Shown: piece after piece, positions 27,353-38,389 of the stretch
Numbering within the stretch: the stretch's first letter is position 1
Layout: each line of letters begins with the position of its first letter
IMG/VR virus record: IMGVR_UViG_3300024262_003767
Source: a virus
Length of the DNA stretch: 64,000 nucleotides
Direction: 5' to 3' (one strand)
The notes under the pieces: generated by a model
Seen by the model: only the letters and a program-made list of their open reading frames with translations
What the model was told of the DNA's origin: nothing
Databases searched by the model: none
Position numbers and translations under genes: made by a program

Positions 27353-28216
27353 TTAATTTAATTCACCTTCCCAAACAATTTTATATTCATATTTACCTGG
27401 TAGTAGTATAATTTCTCTTTGATTTGTATGGTAATATTGTGTTGGTAATTTCTGTACGTCAACTAGTACATCTTTAGGTTGTACTTCCATCATAATAACA
27501 AAAGGTGGTGATGATGGTTGTTCATCCACAAATCTTCTAGCCACTAATATATTTGTAGTCCAAGATGTCGACATATTGAAATCGGATATAACTTTTTCAC
27601 CAACTTTGTATGGTGGGGTTTTTTTTGAAAAATGTTTTATTTGAACTTCTTCAATACCTTTATAAATCTTTAAAGGTTTATCTGGTTTAAAAGGTTTTAA
27701 TTCGTCTATAATATCTTGTGTTAATTTTGATAATAACAAAGAGCCAGAACCTATATATGAATATAACCAATCATCAGTTTTTTCAGATAATTCAACATTT
27801 ATCCTTTCAGGTGTATGTTTATCATATTTAGTAAATCCTCCAATGTAACGAAAAGATATCACATCTCCATTTTTAATTCTTGCTAACCATTCACCTGTTA
27901 TTGAATGTTTATAAAAATAACCAGAATAATCATCAACATCAACTTCTTCATCTTCACTAAATCCAAAAAAATCTACAATTTGTTTATATAGAGGTTTTTT
28001 TGTTTTAATTTGATAGATATATTCACTATTTATATCAGATGCGTCTGCTCTATTTGTTAAATAGATTCTTTTTAAATGATTTAGATTACTAAAATCTATA
28101 TCTTCTAATTTTAATGGTTCATCAGAATATAAATATAAATTTCCATTATATGTTTTTTGATCGTAATCTACTTCATTATAATCTACAAGTTCAAATAATT
28201 TGAATTTAGTTATCAT
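27353..28216 (-). CDS. hypothetical protein
   Basis: 287-aa ORF overlapping the start of the cca gene. Confidence 0.55.
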   Translation of the reverse strand: MITKFKLFELVDYNEVDYDQKTYNGNLYLYSDEPLKLEDIDFSNLNHLKRIYLTNRADASDINSEYIYQIKTKKPLYKQIVDFFGFSEDEEVDVDDYSGYFYKHSITGEWLARIKNGDVISFRYIGGFTKYDKHTPERINVELSEKTDDWLYSYIGSGSLLLSKLTQDIIDELKPFKPDKPLKIYKGIEEVQIKHFSKKTPPYKVGEKVISDFNMSTSWTTNILVARRFVDEQPSSPPFVIMMEVQPKDVLVDVQKLPTQYYHTNQREIILLPGKYEYKIVWEGELN

Positions 28217-29465
28217 TCATAAGATATTCATTTTTGAAACGCACAATCTCTCGTCTTTTCTTTTCTATTTCAATTTCAATTCCTTTGAAACCTTCAGCAG
28301 CTAAATCATTACCATTAACCACAAATCCATCATTACAATAATCAACAAATGGTTTATAGAATTCTTCACCCAAAAACTCATAAATTAAATCATCATCAAT
28401 ATGATATTGATTTTTCATTTTAGCCAAACCGTAAACATTTGAAACGTCAATGTTTTTAAATGATTTCCAATGTAAATCTAATTCCTTCTCAAGTTTGAGC
28501 AAAAATTCAATCTGGTTCACTAACTTGGAACTAAATTTCAATTCACTAATCATATATTTTCTCAATTTACGAATATCATTATCACGAAGTAAATGTGCAA
28601 ATAATATTGCGGAAATAGGTTTTGGTGTAAATCCATCGGGAGATATTTTCAATTTGGGAAACATTTGTTCCCACATATCATATTCAGTTAATAGTCTGAT
28701 ATAATTTTCTAATATTTTGTTTCCGCCTTTTTCTGCGTGTTCAATTACCTTATTCCATTCTTCATGTATTCTTTCTTGTGATACATCTTCTTTGGTACTT
28801 ATACCACGTAGTCTGTTATCACTTTTAATGGCTCTTGATGTCTCAGGTGATATGATACCACCTTTTCTACCTTGGGCTCTTGCAGCGAATCTAAATACTC
28901 TTAAAATTCTTAATCTATCTTCTTTAAATCTCTCAGCAGGATCACCAACAGCACGTATAACATTATTTTCAATATCTTTAACTCCACCAACCAAATCTAC
29001 AATTTCTTTTTTATTTATATCATAGAAAAGAGCATTGATAGTTAAATCTCTACGTTTAACATCATCTTCGATTGTAATATGGTTTCCAATTTCTACTTTA
29101 TCATCATCACCTTTTGTATCTCTACCTCCAGAAATATCTTTTCTAAAAGTTGCTAATTCGTGTCCGAGTGGTTCATCTTCAGTATAAATTCTAAGTACGC
29201 CAAAATTTTTACCTTGTTCATCAGAAACATTCCAACCTTTCAAAATTCTTTTACTTTCTTCTGGTAGAGCATTTGTGACTAAATCAAAATCATGTGGTAT
29301 CTTTTTTTGCAAAAAATCACGAACCGCTCCACCAACAACATAGATATCTTTACCAGCATTATTGAAGGCTCTTGATATTTCTTTAATGTCATAAGGAATA
29401 GGCATCTCAACAGAGATAGTATTTTCAGTTATAAATTCTAAATATTTTTTTAATTTTTCTACCAT
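28206..29465 (-). CDS. cca: tRNA nucleotidyltransferase (CCA-adding enzyme) / poly(A) polymerase family
   Basis: Head-domain motifs YVVGGAVRDFLQKKIPHDFDLVT and RRDLTINALFYD. Confidence 0.85.
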   Translation of the reverse strand: MVEKLKKYLEFITENTISVEMPIPYDIKEISRAFNNAGKDIYVVGGAVRDFLQKKIPHDFDLVTNALPEESKRILKGWNVSDEQGKNFGVLRIYTEDEPLGHELATFRKDISGGRDTKGDDDKVEIGNHITIEDDVKRRDLTINALFYDINKKEIVDLVGGVKDIENNVIRAVGDPAERFKEDRLRILRVFRFAARAQGRKGGIISPETSRAIKSDNRLRGISTKEDVSQERIHEEWNKVIEHAEKGGNKILENYIRLLTEYDMWEQMFPKLKISPDGFTPKPISAILFAHLLRDNDIRKLRKYMISELKFSSKLVNQIEFLLKLEKELDLHWKSFKNIDVSNVYGLAKMKNQYHIDDDLIYEFLGEEFYKPFVDYCNDGFVVNGNDLAAEGFKGIEIEIEKKRREIVRFKNEYLMNDN

Positions 29466-29529
29466 TTTACAAAGATAAGGTTTTTCTGTTTACATTTTTT
29501 ATATATATTAAAAAGAATTTTTTAGTTTC

Positions 29530-30435
29530 ATGAAAATAAAATTATTTGAAAATTTTGGGGGTGACACTATATTAGATAAACCTTTTGTTAAAAAAATAAG
29601 AGGTAAATATTTTTTACCAAATGTTGACTTTACCTGTTTTGATTTGAATTGTCTTAAAACCAGCAAAAAATTATCTACACTTAATTATTCATCACTTATT
29701 AGATTTTATTTATTTGTTTGGTTGTTAAAATATAATGGTACTGATGATTGGACTAATTATATTATTAGTGTTTTGAAAGATCCATCTAATCCAACATATG
29801 ATAAAGTGTGGAGAAATTTAAATCAGATGGGAAATAATAACGCAGTTCTCAAATATTTTAAATCTAAACTTGGGTTAAATATAAAAGATAATAAAGATGA
29901 TAATATTGATACTCTCACCAAAATGGATGAAATGAAAGATATGCTATTTAATGATATGAATTTTAGAGAAATAACATCTATTGTAAGTGATTTAACTAAA
30001 AAGGCAACAGAAAGTGAAACTAATGTTAAATTTTTCTTGAAAAGAATATGGGGTAAATATTATAAGATTAACGACCCTACTGATGCGGAAGATATAAAAG
30101 GTGTTGATTTATGGAGGTTGAATATTAAAACTGGTGATAGAGATAGATTACAAGTTAAAAATATTAGTGAAAGTGTAAGTGTTAATGTGTCTGGTGAAAC
30201 AATTGCGATTAAACCTTCAAGAATAGATCTAAGAGATTACTATTCAGGTACAGATACTTTAAAATTTGACTATTTAATTTTATATGATAAATTTAGAGAA
30301 AAATTGTGGGTTATAAATGGTAAAGCCATTTTCAAAATTAAGAAATATGATAGTATGGTTTTAATTATTTTGAAAAAATGGGATCCTAAATATAATCCTA
30401 TGAAAGAGTATGATATACCTAAAAGATTTACTTAA
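29530..30435 (+). CDS. hypothetical protein
   Basis: 301-aa ORF with upstream TTTTTTATATATATTAAAAAG motif. Confidence 0.55.
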   Translation: MKIKLFENFGGDTILDKPFVKKIRGKYFLPNVDFTCFDLNCLKTSKKLSTLNYSSLIRFYLFVWLLKYNGTDDWTNYIISVLKDPSNPTYDKVWRNLNQMGNNNAVLKYFKSKLGLNIKDNKDDNIDTLTKMDEMKDMLFNDMNFREITSIVSDLTKKATESETNVKFFLKRIWGKYYKINDPTDAEDIKGVDLWRLNIKTGDRDRLQVKNISESVSVNVSGETIAIKPSRIDLRDYYSGTDTLKFDYLILYDKFREKLWVINGKAIFKIKKYDSMVLIILKKWDPKYNPMKEYDIPKRFT

Positions 30436-31357
30436 TAGATTCTAAATAAGATTCATATGTCATTTTAATACCTTCTTCTAGAGAATATTTATGTTTCCAA
30501 CCTAAATTGTGTAATTTATCAACATTCAATAATTTTCTTGGTGTACCATCAGGTTTAGTTGTATCATATTTAATTTCACCTTCATAACCAATAACGTTTT
30601 TCATTATTTCAACTAATTCTGTAATCGACACATCTTCACCTGTTCCAATATTTACAATTTCACCATCTTCATATGTTTGCATCAAATAAAAACACGCATC
30701 AGCAACATCATCAACATATAAAAATTCACGTTTTGGTGTTCCTGTTCCCCACATTTCAATAAATGGTGTGTTGTTTATTTTAGCTTCATGAACTTTTCTA
30801 ATTAACGCAGGAAAAACGTGAGATGTTTCTAAATTATAATTATCATTTGGTCCATATAAATTTGTTGGCATCATTGAGATAAATTTAGTGCCATATTGAT
30901 TGTTATAACTTTGGCACATTTTAATTCCTGCAATTTTTGCAGTTGCATAAGCGTCATTAGTTGGTTCTAAGTAACCACTCATCAATTCAGATTCTTCTAT
31001 TGGTTGTTTTGCAAATTTTGGATAAATACAAGAACTACCTAAAAACAACAATTTTTTAACACCAAATACACAAGAATTATGAATTAAATTGTTTTGTATT
31101 TGTAAATTATCATAAATAAATTCTGCTGGATAATCTTTATTTGCCATTATACCACCAACTTTAGCCGCTGCGATAAAAACATAATCTGGTTTTTCTTCTT
31201 CAAAAAATTTTTGAGTATCGATTTGATTTTTTAAATCCAGTTGTGAATGTGTTCTAGTTATTATATTTTCATATCCTTCAGATTGTAATTTTCTAACAAT
31301 TGCACTTCCAACCATACCTCTATGACCTGCAACATAAATTTTATCATATTTATCCAT
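30428..31357 (-). CDS. fcl: GDP-L-fucose synthase (GDP-4-keto-6-deoxymannose 3,5-epimerase/4-reductase)
   Basis: Collinear with E. coli Fcl: [68 protein letters not shown]. Confidence 0.9.
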   Translation of the reverse strand: MDKYDKIYVAGHRGMVGSAIVRKLQSEGYENIITRTHSQLDLKNQIDTQKFFEEEKPDYVFIAAAKVGGIMANKDYPAEFIYDNLQIQNNLIHNSCVFGVKKLLFLGSSCIYPKFAKQPIEESELMSGYLEPTNDAYATAKIAGIKMCQSYNNQYGTKFISMMPTNLYGPNDNYNLETSHVFPALIRKVHEAKINNTPFIEMWGTGTPKREFLYVDDVADACFYLMQTYEDGEIVNIGTGEDVSITELVEIMKNVIGYEGEIKYDTTKPDGTPRKLLNVDKLHNLGWKHKYSLEEGIKMTYESYLESIK

Positions 31358-31366
31358 TTAATAATA

Positions 31367-31774
31367 TTATTTTTTTTGAAACTTTTTTATACGCTTAATA
31401 GTTTCTTTAAGATCTTCTTCATAATATAATATTAAAAAGTCAACATCCCTCTCATTAATATTATATCTTTTCATTAAATCATCTATCTCTTCTTTTTTAA
31501 ATTTAGATTTGATTTTTGTGGTTTTATTTATTTTAGTTTGCCAATACCAACCAGGTATATTTGTTGTACTACCAAATATTGCGAACCAAATATCTAATGA
31601 TGATGGTTTATTTATATTTTTATTATTAAAAAATTGTGCTTTTTTTATATCCTTATAGGCGAATTTGCGATTGAGAATAAAAAAATTTCTTTCTTTATCA
31701 TCATCAGTAATAAACCTATATTTATCTTTATCTTTGAAGATGATGTTTCCTAAACTTATAAAATCAATTGCCAT
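31367..31774 (-). CDS. hypothetical protein
   Basis: 135-aa ORF. Confidence 0.5.
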   Translation of the reverse strand: MAIDFISLGNIIFKDKDKYRFITDDDKERNFFILNRKFAYKDIKKAQFFNNKNINKPSSLDIWFAIFGSTTNIPGWYWQTKINKTTKIKSKFKKEEIDDLMKRYNINERDVDFLILYYEEDLKETIKRIKKFQKK

Positions 31775-33954
31775 TAATAAAATTGTTTAAATATTTTTGA
31801 GATTTTTTCTTTTGTTATTGGTTTTACAATTTGAAAATCTATATTCTTCTCTACCATATCTGTGGTAGATATTGTAATTATAGTTAACTCTTCATCTATT
31901 TGTTTTAATTTTTCTATGAAATCTAGTATATTAATATTTGATAAACTCATATCTATAAATATTGCATCAATATCACCTAATTTTTCTTCAAGTACATCAA
32001 GTGTTTCCTTTGATGATAGTGTCCATTTAATTTTAACATTCATAGATTTTAACATTATACCTAATAATGAATAGTTTTCAGGTATATCTTCTAATACTAT
32101 CACTTTAATATTAGAAAAATCATACACAATTTTATTAACTTGTTTTGTTTGAATATTTTGAACTTCTTGTAATGGAAGAGTAAAAAAGAATGTGCTTCCT
32201 TCTTTTTGAGTTGAATCTACCCATATATTTCCACCAAGTATATTAACTATACTTTTTGCGATAGATAATCCCAATCCTGTACCTTGGTATTGTTTTTTTG
32301 ATGATGCATCAACTTGCATAAATTTATCAAAAACTATTTCTAATTTATCTTCTGGAATACCAATACCAGTATCTTCAACAAAGAATGTTATAATATTGTC
32401 TTTTATTCTTGTACCAATTCTTATATGTCCACTTTCAGTAAATTTAATTGCATTACTAATCAAATTATATAATACCTGTTTTAATCTAAGAAAATCAGAC
32501 ACTATTATTTCATTATCTTCTCGTTTTTCGAAAGTTAATTTTACCGAATCTATATTCTTTCTAATATTTATATCTATAAAAATTTCTTCTAATTCTTCAA
32601 ATAAATCATTGATTGGGAATCGTTCATATAATAGTTCTAAATTTAATTCACCTGCTTCAATTTTAGCATAATCTAATATGTTATTTAATAATTCTTCTAA
32701 ATGTTTTGCATTAGCATTTATAGTTTTAAGAAATTTTTTATTATTGGTAGTATCAAACTTATCATCTAATAATATATCTGAAAAGCCTATAATCGAATTC
32801 ATTGGCGTTCTTATTTCGTGACTCATATTTGCCAAAAATAGTGACTTTAAAAGATCACTTTTTTCTGCTTCTATTTTTGATTTTTCTAATTCTATTTTAA
32901 TATTTTCTTGTTCTGTAATATCTTTACAATGAATTGCAATATACTCCGTTGAGCCATTATCATTTAAAATGGGATATATGTAATTTTCAAAATATTTATT
33001 ATTTATAACATCAATAAAATGTACTGGTTTGCCTGTAAATATTGCTTCAAGTGTTCTTTTTCTTTTGGGTTCTACACTCTCTTTAGGTAAAATCTGTGAT
33101 ATGTTCACTCCTACTAATTCTTCTCTTGTTTTATTAAAATATTTACAACCTCTATCATTTATTGCTAATAACTCACCTACTTTATTTGTTAAATAAGATG
33201 CACTTAATGTTGAATTTATAATATCTAAGTGTTGTCTCTCCTTTATTTTCATATCAGTAATATCTTGAAATATGGTAACAAAACGATGTGAGTTTTGTTT
33301 ATATGCATCAATTAAAAACCATTTCTGAAAAATATATGAATATTTTTCAAAATGTAAAGTCTTATTATCAGTAAATATTTGAGAATATATCCTTATCCAT
33401 TCACTCGAATCTTTATCTAATATTTCAGTTATATTTTTTCCAATAATTTCTGAATCTAAACCTGTGGTTTCGGTGAACGCTTTATTTATTCTAACAAATT
33501 TATAATCAATAGGTTTGCCACTATTATCAAATATCATTTCATGTAGAGAAAATGCTCGACTCATATTATCAATAATCTTTTCAAGTTCTTCACTTTTAAA
33601 AATATAATCTTTACTTATTTGAGATAAATGTTTTTCATCTTGATATACAACATGTACAAAATTTTCCTCACCTCGATAGATATAATTATATCTCCAACGA
33701 TTAAATTTATCGTCTTTATACTCTTTTAATTCGTGTGTCATACATTCTCCACTATCATACACTTTTAATATTTTATCATAAATACCAAAGTCGATTACTT
33801 TAGAAAAAACATCAACCAATTTTTTATCAATAACATCATATTCAATTCTTTCTACCGTATAAAAATTTTCTGATACTTCGTGAAAATATATATCTTCATC
33901 GATAATTTTATATGTGATAGAAACAAAATCAAAAATTTTTTCAAAATTTTTCAT
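31774..33954 (-). CDS. soluble hybrid sensor histidine kinase (PAS-like repeats + HisKA + HATPase + receiver)
   Basis: H-box SHEIRTPMNSIIGFSDIL; N-box NLISNAIKFT; G1 DTGIGI; G2 GTGLGLSI; C-terminal REC-like VIVLED...IFIDMSL...ITIS..KP; no N-terminal TM segment. Confidence 0.85.
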   Translation of the reverse strand: MKNFEKIFDFVSITYKIIDEDIYFHEVSENFYTVERIEYDVIDKKLVDVFSKVIDFGIYDKILKVYDSGECMTHELKEYKDDKFNRWRYNYIYRGEENFVHVVYQDEKHLSQISKDYIFKSEELEKIIDNMSRAFSLHEMIFDNSGKPIDYKFVRINKAFTETTGLDSEIIGKNITEILDKDSSEWIRIYSQIFTDNKTLHFEKYSYIFQKWFLIDAYKQNSHRFVTIFQDITDMKIKERQHLDIINSTLSASYLTNKVGELLAINDRGCKYFNKTREELVGVNISQILPKESVEPKRKRTLEAIFTGKPVHFIDVINNKYFENYIYPILNDNGSTEYIAIHCKDITEQENIKIELEKSKIEAEKSDLLKSLFLANMSHEIRTPMNSIIGFSDILLDDKFDTTNNKKFLKTINANAKHLEELLNNILDYAKIEAGELNLELLYERFPINDLFEELEEIFIDINIRKNIDSVKLTFEKREDNEIIVSDFLRLKQVLYNLISNAIKFTESGHIRIGTRIKDNIITFFVEDTGIGIPEDKLEIVFDKFMQVDASSKKQYQGTGLGLSIAKSIVNILGGNIWVDSTQKEGSTFFFTLPLQEVQNIQTKQVNKIVYDFSNIKVIVLEDIPENYSLLGIMLKSMNVKIKWTLSSKETLDVLEEKLGDIDAIFIDMSLSNINILDFIEKLKQIDEELTIITISTTDMVEKNIDFQIVKPITKEKISKIFKQFY

Positions 33955-33955
33955 A

Positions 33956-34525
33956 TCATTTTAATTTTTTGAAACAAACTCTACATAAAGGTTTATAACT
34001 TTCATTACCACCAATTTCTATTTGTTCTCCTTCGGTAACTATAATATTATCTTTAAATCTACTATTTACAATGGCTTTTTTGTTTTTACATTCAGAACAT
34101 ATCGTTTTTATTTCTTCTATACTATCTGCCATCGTCATTAAATATTTTGAACCTTCAAATGGTTCCAATCTATAGTCTGATCTTAAACCATAACATATTA
34201 CAGGTATGTTTAATATATCGACAATATCTGACAATTGAAAAATGTGGTCTTTTGTTAAAAATTGTGATTCGTCCACTAAAATAGCCTTTATTTCATATGC
34301 CATTGGTTTAACATATTGGTATATATTTAATTTTTTATCTACAGGAATTGCAGGTTTACTTAAACCTACCCGAGACTTAACCACACCTTCTCCATACCTA
34401 GTATCTAAGGCTGATGTGAAGATTAAAATTTTTTCATTATTCTCTTCATAATTATATGAAACTTTCAGTAAATCAAGGCTTTTACCAGCACCCATGCTGG
34501 AATATCGGAAAAATAATTTTGCCAT
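33956..34525 (-). CDS. tdk: thymidine kinase (TK1 family)
   Basis: P-loop YSSMGAGKS; DESQF; C-terminal zinc ribbon CSEC...CRVC. Confidence 0.9.
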   Translation of the reverse strand: MAKLFFRYSSMGAGKSLDLLKVSYNYEENNEKILIFTSALDTRYGEGVVKSRVGLSKPAIPVDKKLNIYQYVKPMAYEIKAILVDESQFLTKDHIFQLSDIVDILNIPVICYGLRSDYRLEPFEGSKYLMTMADSIEEIKTICSECKNKKAIVNSRFKDNIIVTEGEQIEIGGNESYKPLCRVCFKKLK

Positions 34526-34663
34526 TTTTTTAATTATTTTTTGTAAAAAGTCATTTTATATTCTCATAATTTTATATATACTTTCGATGACTTTAGTTAT
34601 TATAATTCCGAATTTTATAAAGGTTGAATTCTCAGCCTTATTTTTAAAAAATAATCATTCATT

Positions 34664-34876
34664 ATGGAAGATGTTAAAAAATCTAATGGTAATTTACCAT
34701 GGAAGCTTGTATGGGATGCTGAAACAAAAGAAGTTTTGTTTTGCAATAAAATTGATGGGGAATTTGAAACAATCAACGAACTCTTTGAGTCAAAAACGAA
34801 AGTTGATGTTTTTAGAAAAATAGATGAATTGGGACTCAAATATAACCCAAGTATTTTAGAAGAAGAATGGGTATAA
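34664..34876 (+). CDS. small hypothetical protein
   Basis: 70-aa ORF terminated by a bidirectional terminator. Confidence 0.4.
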   Translation: MEDVKKSNGNLPWKLVWDAETKEVLFCNKIDGEFETINELFESKTKVDVFRKIDELGLKYNPSILEEEWV

Positions 34877-34878
34877 AA

Positions 34879-34912
34879 TAAAAAAAGGGAGATGAAAGTC
34901 TCCCTTTTTTTT
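34879..34912. terminator. bidirectional rho-independent terminator between convergent genes
   Basis: A-run, gggagatgaaagtctccc, T-run. Confidence 0.7.
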
Positions 34913-35438
34913 ATTTGTAATATAAGTTGTCAAGTTCTTTCCACATATCAGGATATAAACCTCTAACTTTTAATGCGTACTTAAAGATTGGATATTCTTT
35001 TTTATACATTTGAAATAGAGAATCACCATTTGAGTTTGTTTCAAATGATTTTTTACTATTTCGAGTATTTGCGATTCTATCACAAAGTTTTACAAAAATT
35101 GAAAAATCACAACCCCAAATTTTAGGATATGTTTTGAAGTTTTTTTCTTTTCTATCTAATCCTCTTTCATTTGATACATTGAAGATAATTCTACTTACTC
35201 GTTCATTTGTCCATTGAACAATATCTCTTACTGAAACTTCTGTATCTTCTATTAAATCATGACCCAAACAAGCGTGTTCAACATCTTCTTTATCTTCATC
35301 TTTTAGGTAATACTCATATTCTTTCATCACATCGACTACATCTTGTAGATGTTTTGAATAAGGTGCGGAACCGTAACGTTGTGAGCCTGAAGGTTGGTTG
35401 TGTTTTTCTGTTACAAAGATTTTAAATTTTTCGTTCAT
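34911..35438 (-). CDS. SpoT/Mesh1-like HD-domain hydrolase (small alarmone hydrolase candidate)
   Basis: HLQDVVDVM...EDVEHACLGHDLIEDTEVSVRDIVQWT matches the RelA/SpoT HD motif (H...LHDvvEDT). Confidence 0.6.
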   Translation of the reverse strand: MNEKFKIFVTEKHNQPSGSQRYGSAPYSKHLQDVVDVMKEYEYYLKDEDKEDVEHACLGHDLIEDTEVSVRDIVQWTNERVSRIIFNVSNERGLDRKEKNFKTYPKIWGCDFSIFVKLCDRIANTRNSKKSFETNSNGDSLFQMYKKEYPIFKYALKVRGLYPDMWKELDNLYYK

Positions 35439-35490
35439 AGTTTTTATCTCCTTTCTTTTGCTAAGATAATAAATATTGTTGAATAAAAAA

Positions 35491-35772
35491 TTAAATATTA
35501 AGCTTATTTTTATTCTTGATAGCAGTTTTTAAGAGATACTTCATTAGAGCATCAAATTTAATTCCTTTTTCTTGACATAGTTCTGATGTTTCTTTTAACA
35601 ATTCATCATCCAAATCTAACAAAACAACATTATCACTTTCTACATAAAACTTGGAGAAGTTTCTGAGAACTTCAGACATTGTTTTATTTTTATCATCACA
35701 AGTCTCTTGAAAATACCCATACAACTCTTCTGATATTCTTAATTTTAAAAATTTTTGTTTTTCCATAGACAT
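35491..35772 (-). CDS. ribbon-helix-helix-like regulator (tentative)
   Basis: N-terminal KFLKLRISEELYGYFQETCDDKNKTMSEVLRNF fits the RHH beta-alpha-alpha pattern. Confidence 0.4.
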   Translation of the reverse strand: MSMEKQKFLKLRISEELYGYFQETCDDKNKTMSEVLRNFSKFYVESDNVVLLDLDDELLKETSELCQEKGIKFDALMKYLLKTAIKNKNKLNI

Positions 35773-35799
35773 ATATATTATAGAAATTGAGGAAAGTTT

Positions 35800-36228
35800 T
35801 TATAAATAAATTGGATCTCTATATGGATATAATTGATTAAAGAGGTTATTATAAAAATCTAATGACTCTCTTGAAAATATATTATCATAGGAATCTAATA
35901 TAGTATCTGTCACTAATGAAATCATACTACCTTCATACTCATTAATATTAACTACGTATAGTCTATCTTTAAAAGATAATAACCAATAATAATTAACACC
36001 ATCTTCATCAATGTATGGTGTTCCAAATTTTAATTTCATCAAAGCTATTGGTATACCGTGCGGGTTTCTTGTTTTTCTAATTTCATCAGAAGAATCGTAA
36101 AATTTACTTATAAAATAATGTGCGTTTGATATTGGTTCTCTATCATTTTCTTCTAAGAATTTTTTCAATTCATAGTCTGATTTATGTACTTTTTCTATTT
36201 TAGAAAATGTTTTAAGTGAATCTAACAT
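35800..36228 (-). CDS. hypothetical protein
   Basis: 142-aa ORF. Confidence 0.5.
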   Translation of the reverse strand: MLDSLKTFSKIEKVHKSDYELKKFLEENDREPISNAHYFISKFYDSSDEIRKTRNPHGIPIALMKLKFGTPYIDEDGVNYYWLLSFKDRLYVVNINEYEGSMISLVTDTILDSYDNIFSRESLDFYNNLFNQLYPYRDPIYL

Positions 36229-36229
36229 A

Positions 36230-36649
36230 TTATATATATTTTTCTTTTATTATTACAATTTCTCTTGCTTTTGAGTTATGAAATTTTCTGATAAATCTAT
36301 CAAGAGTGCGAACAAAATCATCATTATGGTTTGCTCCTGATTTAAAATGGTAATTGTGTGCGTGTGCGAATTCGTGAACTAATGTACCAACACTTTTGTC
36401 ACAATTTGCAATGGTGACAAAAGGTTTACCTCTCCTTTTACCACCCCAAGAACGATTACAATTTCTGAAATTGATATTCAATTCCATTTGGCATGAACGA
36501 GCCAACCATTTCAGTATTGTTTCAGATTCTTCTTGTGTTACACGAATCTTATTATATTTAAGTAATAACTCATATTCTTTGGTTTTATATGAAACCATAT
36601 GATATTCCCCTGGTATTTTTTCACGATTAGTGTACGTTGTTAATTTCAT
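36230..36649 (-). CDS. SprT-like zinc metallopeptidase-domain protein
   Basis: HExxHxxxxxH: LVHEFAHAHNYH. Confidence 0.5.
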   Translation of the reverse strand: MKLTTYTNREKIPGEYHMVSYKTKEYELLLKYNKIRVTQEESETILKWLARSCQMELNINFRNCNRSWGGKRRGKPFVTIANCDKSVGTLVHEFAHAHNYHFKSGANHNDDFVRTLDRFIRKFHNSKAREIVIIKEKYI

Positions 36650-36869
36650 ATTACTTTTGTTCTAAGTTAAATAATCTAAATTCGAGCCATTCTACGTATT
36701 CATATGTGTTTCCAACATATGATAATCCTGTTTCTTTTTTGAATTCTTTTTTAAGTTTATCTGTATAACTCATAATTTCTACCCATTTTTATTTTTTAAA
36801 TAGTTAAACACCAATTATGATACAAAGATATAAATTTAGTTTCGATTAAAAAAATTAATATATAATGAT

Positions 36870-37331
36870 ATGATTACCATTTTTAAAATATATGAGACTT
36901 GGAATGATGATACCATAGATAAATCGTTATTTGTTAGTGGTCGTGCTAAACATAATCCTAAAGTAAAAAACGATATAATAGAGTATAAAACTGATAATGG
37001 TAAATATGTAGCAAAGATTAAAAAATTGTCAAATGGTAAGTTTATTTGCAAAGTATATAGAATAAGAGACGATGGTAGTAAAATTAGAATTAGAAAGAAA
37101 GTAAAAAAAACGTTACAAACCGCTCATAATTTTATTAGAGAATTTCTAAATGATAGACTTGAAGGTAAAAAAATTAAAAAATCTAAAAAGAAAGAAAACA
37201 AAAAACAAAAGGATGATGATCCTCTTGATAAATTATTTGTGGATATTGACGAACCTGGGTTTTCAGATTCAGATTTTGATTTTAGCGAACCTAAAAAACC
37301 AAGAAAAACTATAATTAGAAGGTTTACTTAA
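36870..37331 (+). CDS. basic Lys-rich protein (possible DNA-binding/histone-like)
   Basis: K-rich throughout (KKIKKSKKKENKKQK); acidic patch before a basic C-terminal tail. Confidence 0.5.
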   Translation: MITIFKIYETWNDDTIDKSLFVSGRAKHNPKVKNDIIEYKTDNGKYVAKIKKLSNGKFICKVYRIRDDGSKIRIRKKVKKTLQTAHNFIREFLNDRLEGKKIKKSKKKENKKQKDDDPLDKLFVDIDEPGFSDSDFDFSEPKKPRKTIIRRFT

Positions 37332-38334
37332 TCTTATTTTCTAAAATATTTTCAATATTTTTAAATTGAGTGTAGGCTATTCTCAACATTTTTATATCAT
37401 TTTCCTTACAATATTTATTTTTAATTTTATCATTTTGTTTCGTATATTTTAATCTTTCTTCACCTCCAAAATGTTCAACAGATTTATAATGTTGTATACC
37501 ATCATATTCCACACACATATTAAGTTCAGGTAAATAAAAATCAAAATGTAAAACTTGTTTATTTTTACATCCATTGAAAGTATATTGAGGTTCAAATTTA
37601 ATATTATTTTCTTTCAAATAATTTAATATTATTTCTTCTCCTTTAGATTGTTTACAACCTGGACAACCAACACCTCGCAAAATAGCGTTTGGTGTTATTT
37701 CCCATATATTATCACATTGATTACATTTTATTTTAACTTTATTATTTGCTTTAATATATTTACCTATAACTTCATATTTATCACCATGTACATTAAAAAC
37801 ATCTTTGATAAATTGTTCAGGTGTTTTTCTTTGTTTTTCACCCTTTTCTTTTGCTGAACATTCTGGACATTCACATTTTGTGTGTGATAAATGATACGGT
37901 TTAATTTTCCATATATTTTCACATATTTTACACCTAACCTTTACTTTTGTATTAGCATTAATATAATCTGATAAAAGTTCATACTTATCACCATAGTTAT
38001 TATTAAATTCTTCTTTAAATTTTTCTGGGGTTTTTCTTTGTTTTAAAACTGCACATTGTTTACAACCTCTACCCCTTAATAATGAATTACCGTTAGTTTT
38101 CCATTTATATCCACATTCATTACATCTAACTTCTATTTCTGATTTAGAATTTATGTAAGGTGATAATGTTGTAAATTTATCACCATAATTTTCCTTTAGT
38201 CTTTTTTGAAACCTTTCTTCTGAAAAACTTTTTGGTGCTAATTCGTGTGTTTCCCTATATTTTTCTTTTAGTTTTTTAAGTATTTTTTCTTTATTTTTTA
38301 GATAATATTGTTTATGCCATTCCTTATTATACAT
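37324..38334 (-). mobile_element. homing-endonuclease-like protein: three zinc-ribbon repeats + C-terminal DUF559/Vsr-like PD-(D/E)xK domain
   Basis: Three ~55-aa repeats each with CxxC...CxxC (CNECGYKW..GCKQCA; CKICENIW..CECPECS; CNQCDNIW..GCPGCK); C-terminal FDFYLPELNMCVEYDGIQHY. Confidence 0.55.
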
Positions 38335-38389
38335 ATAAGTTTTTATTCTTATATATTAAAATAAAATTATGGCTTTTTTCTCCCATCAA

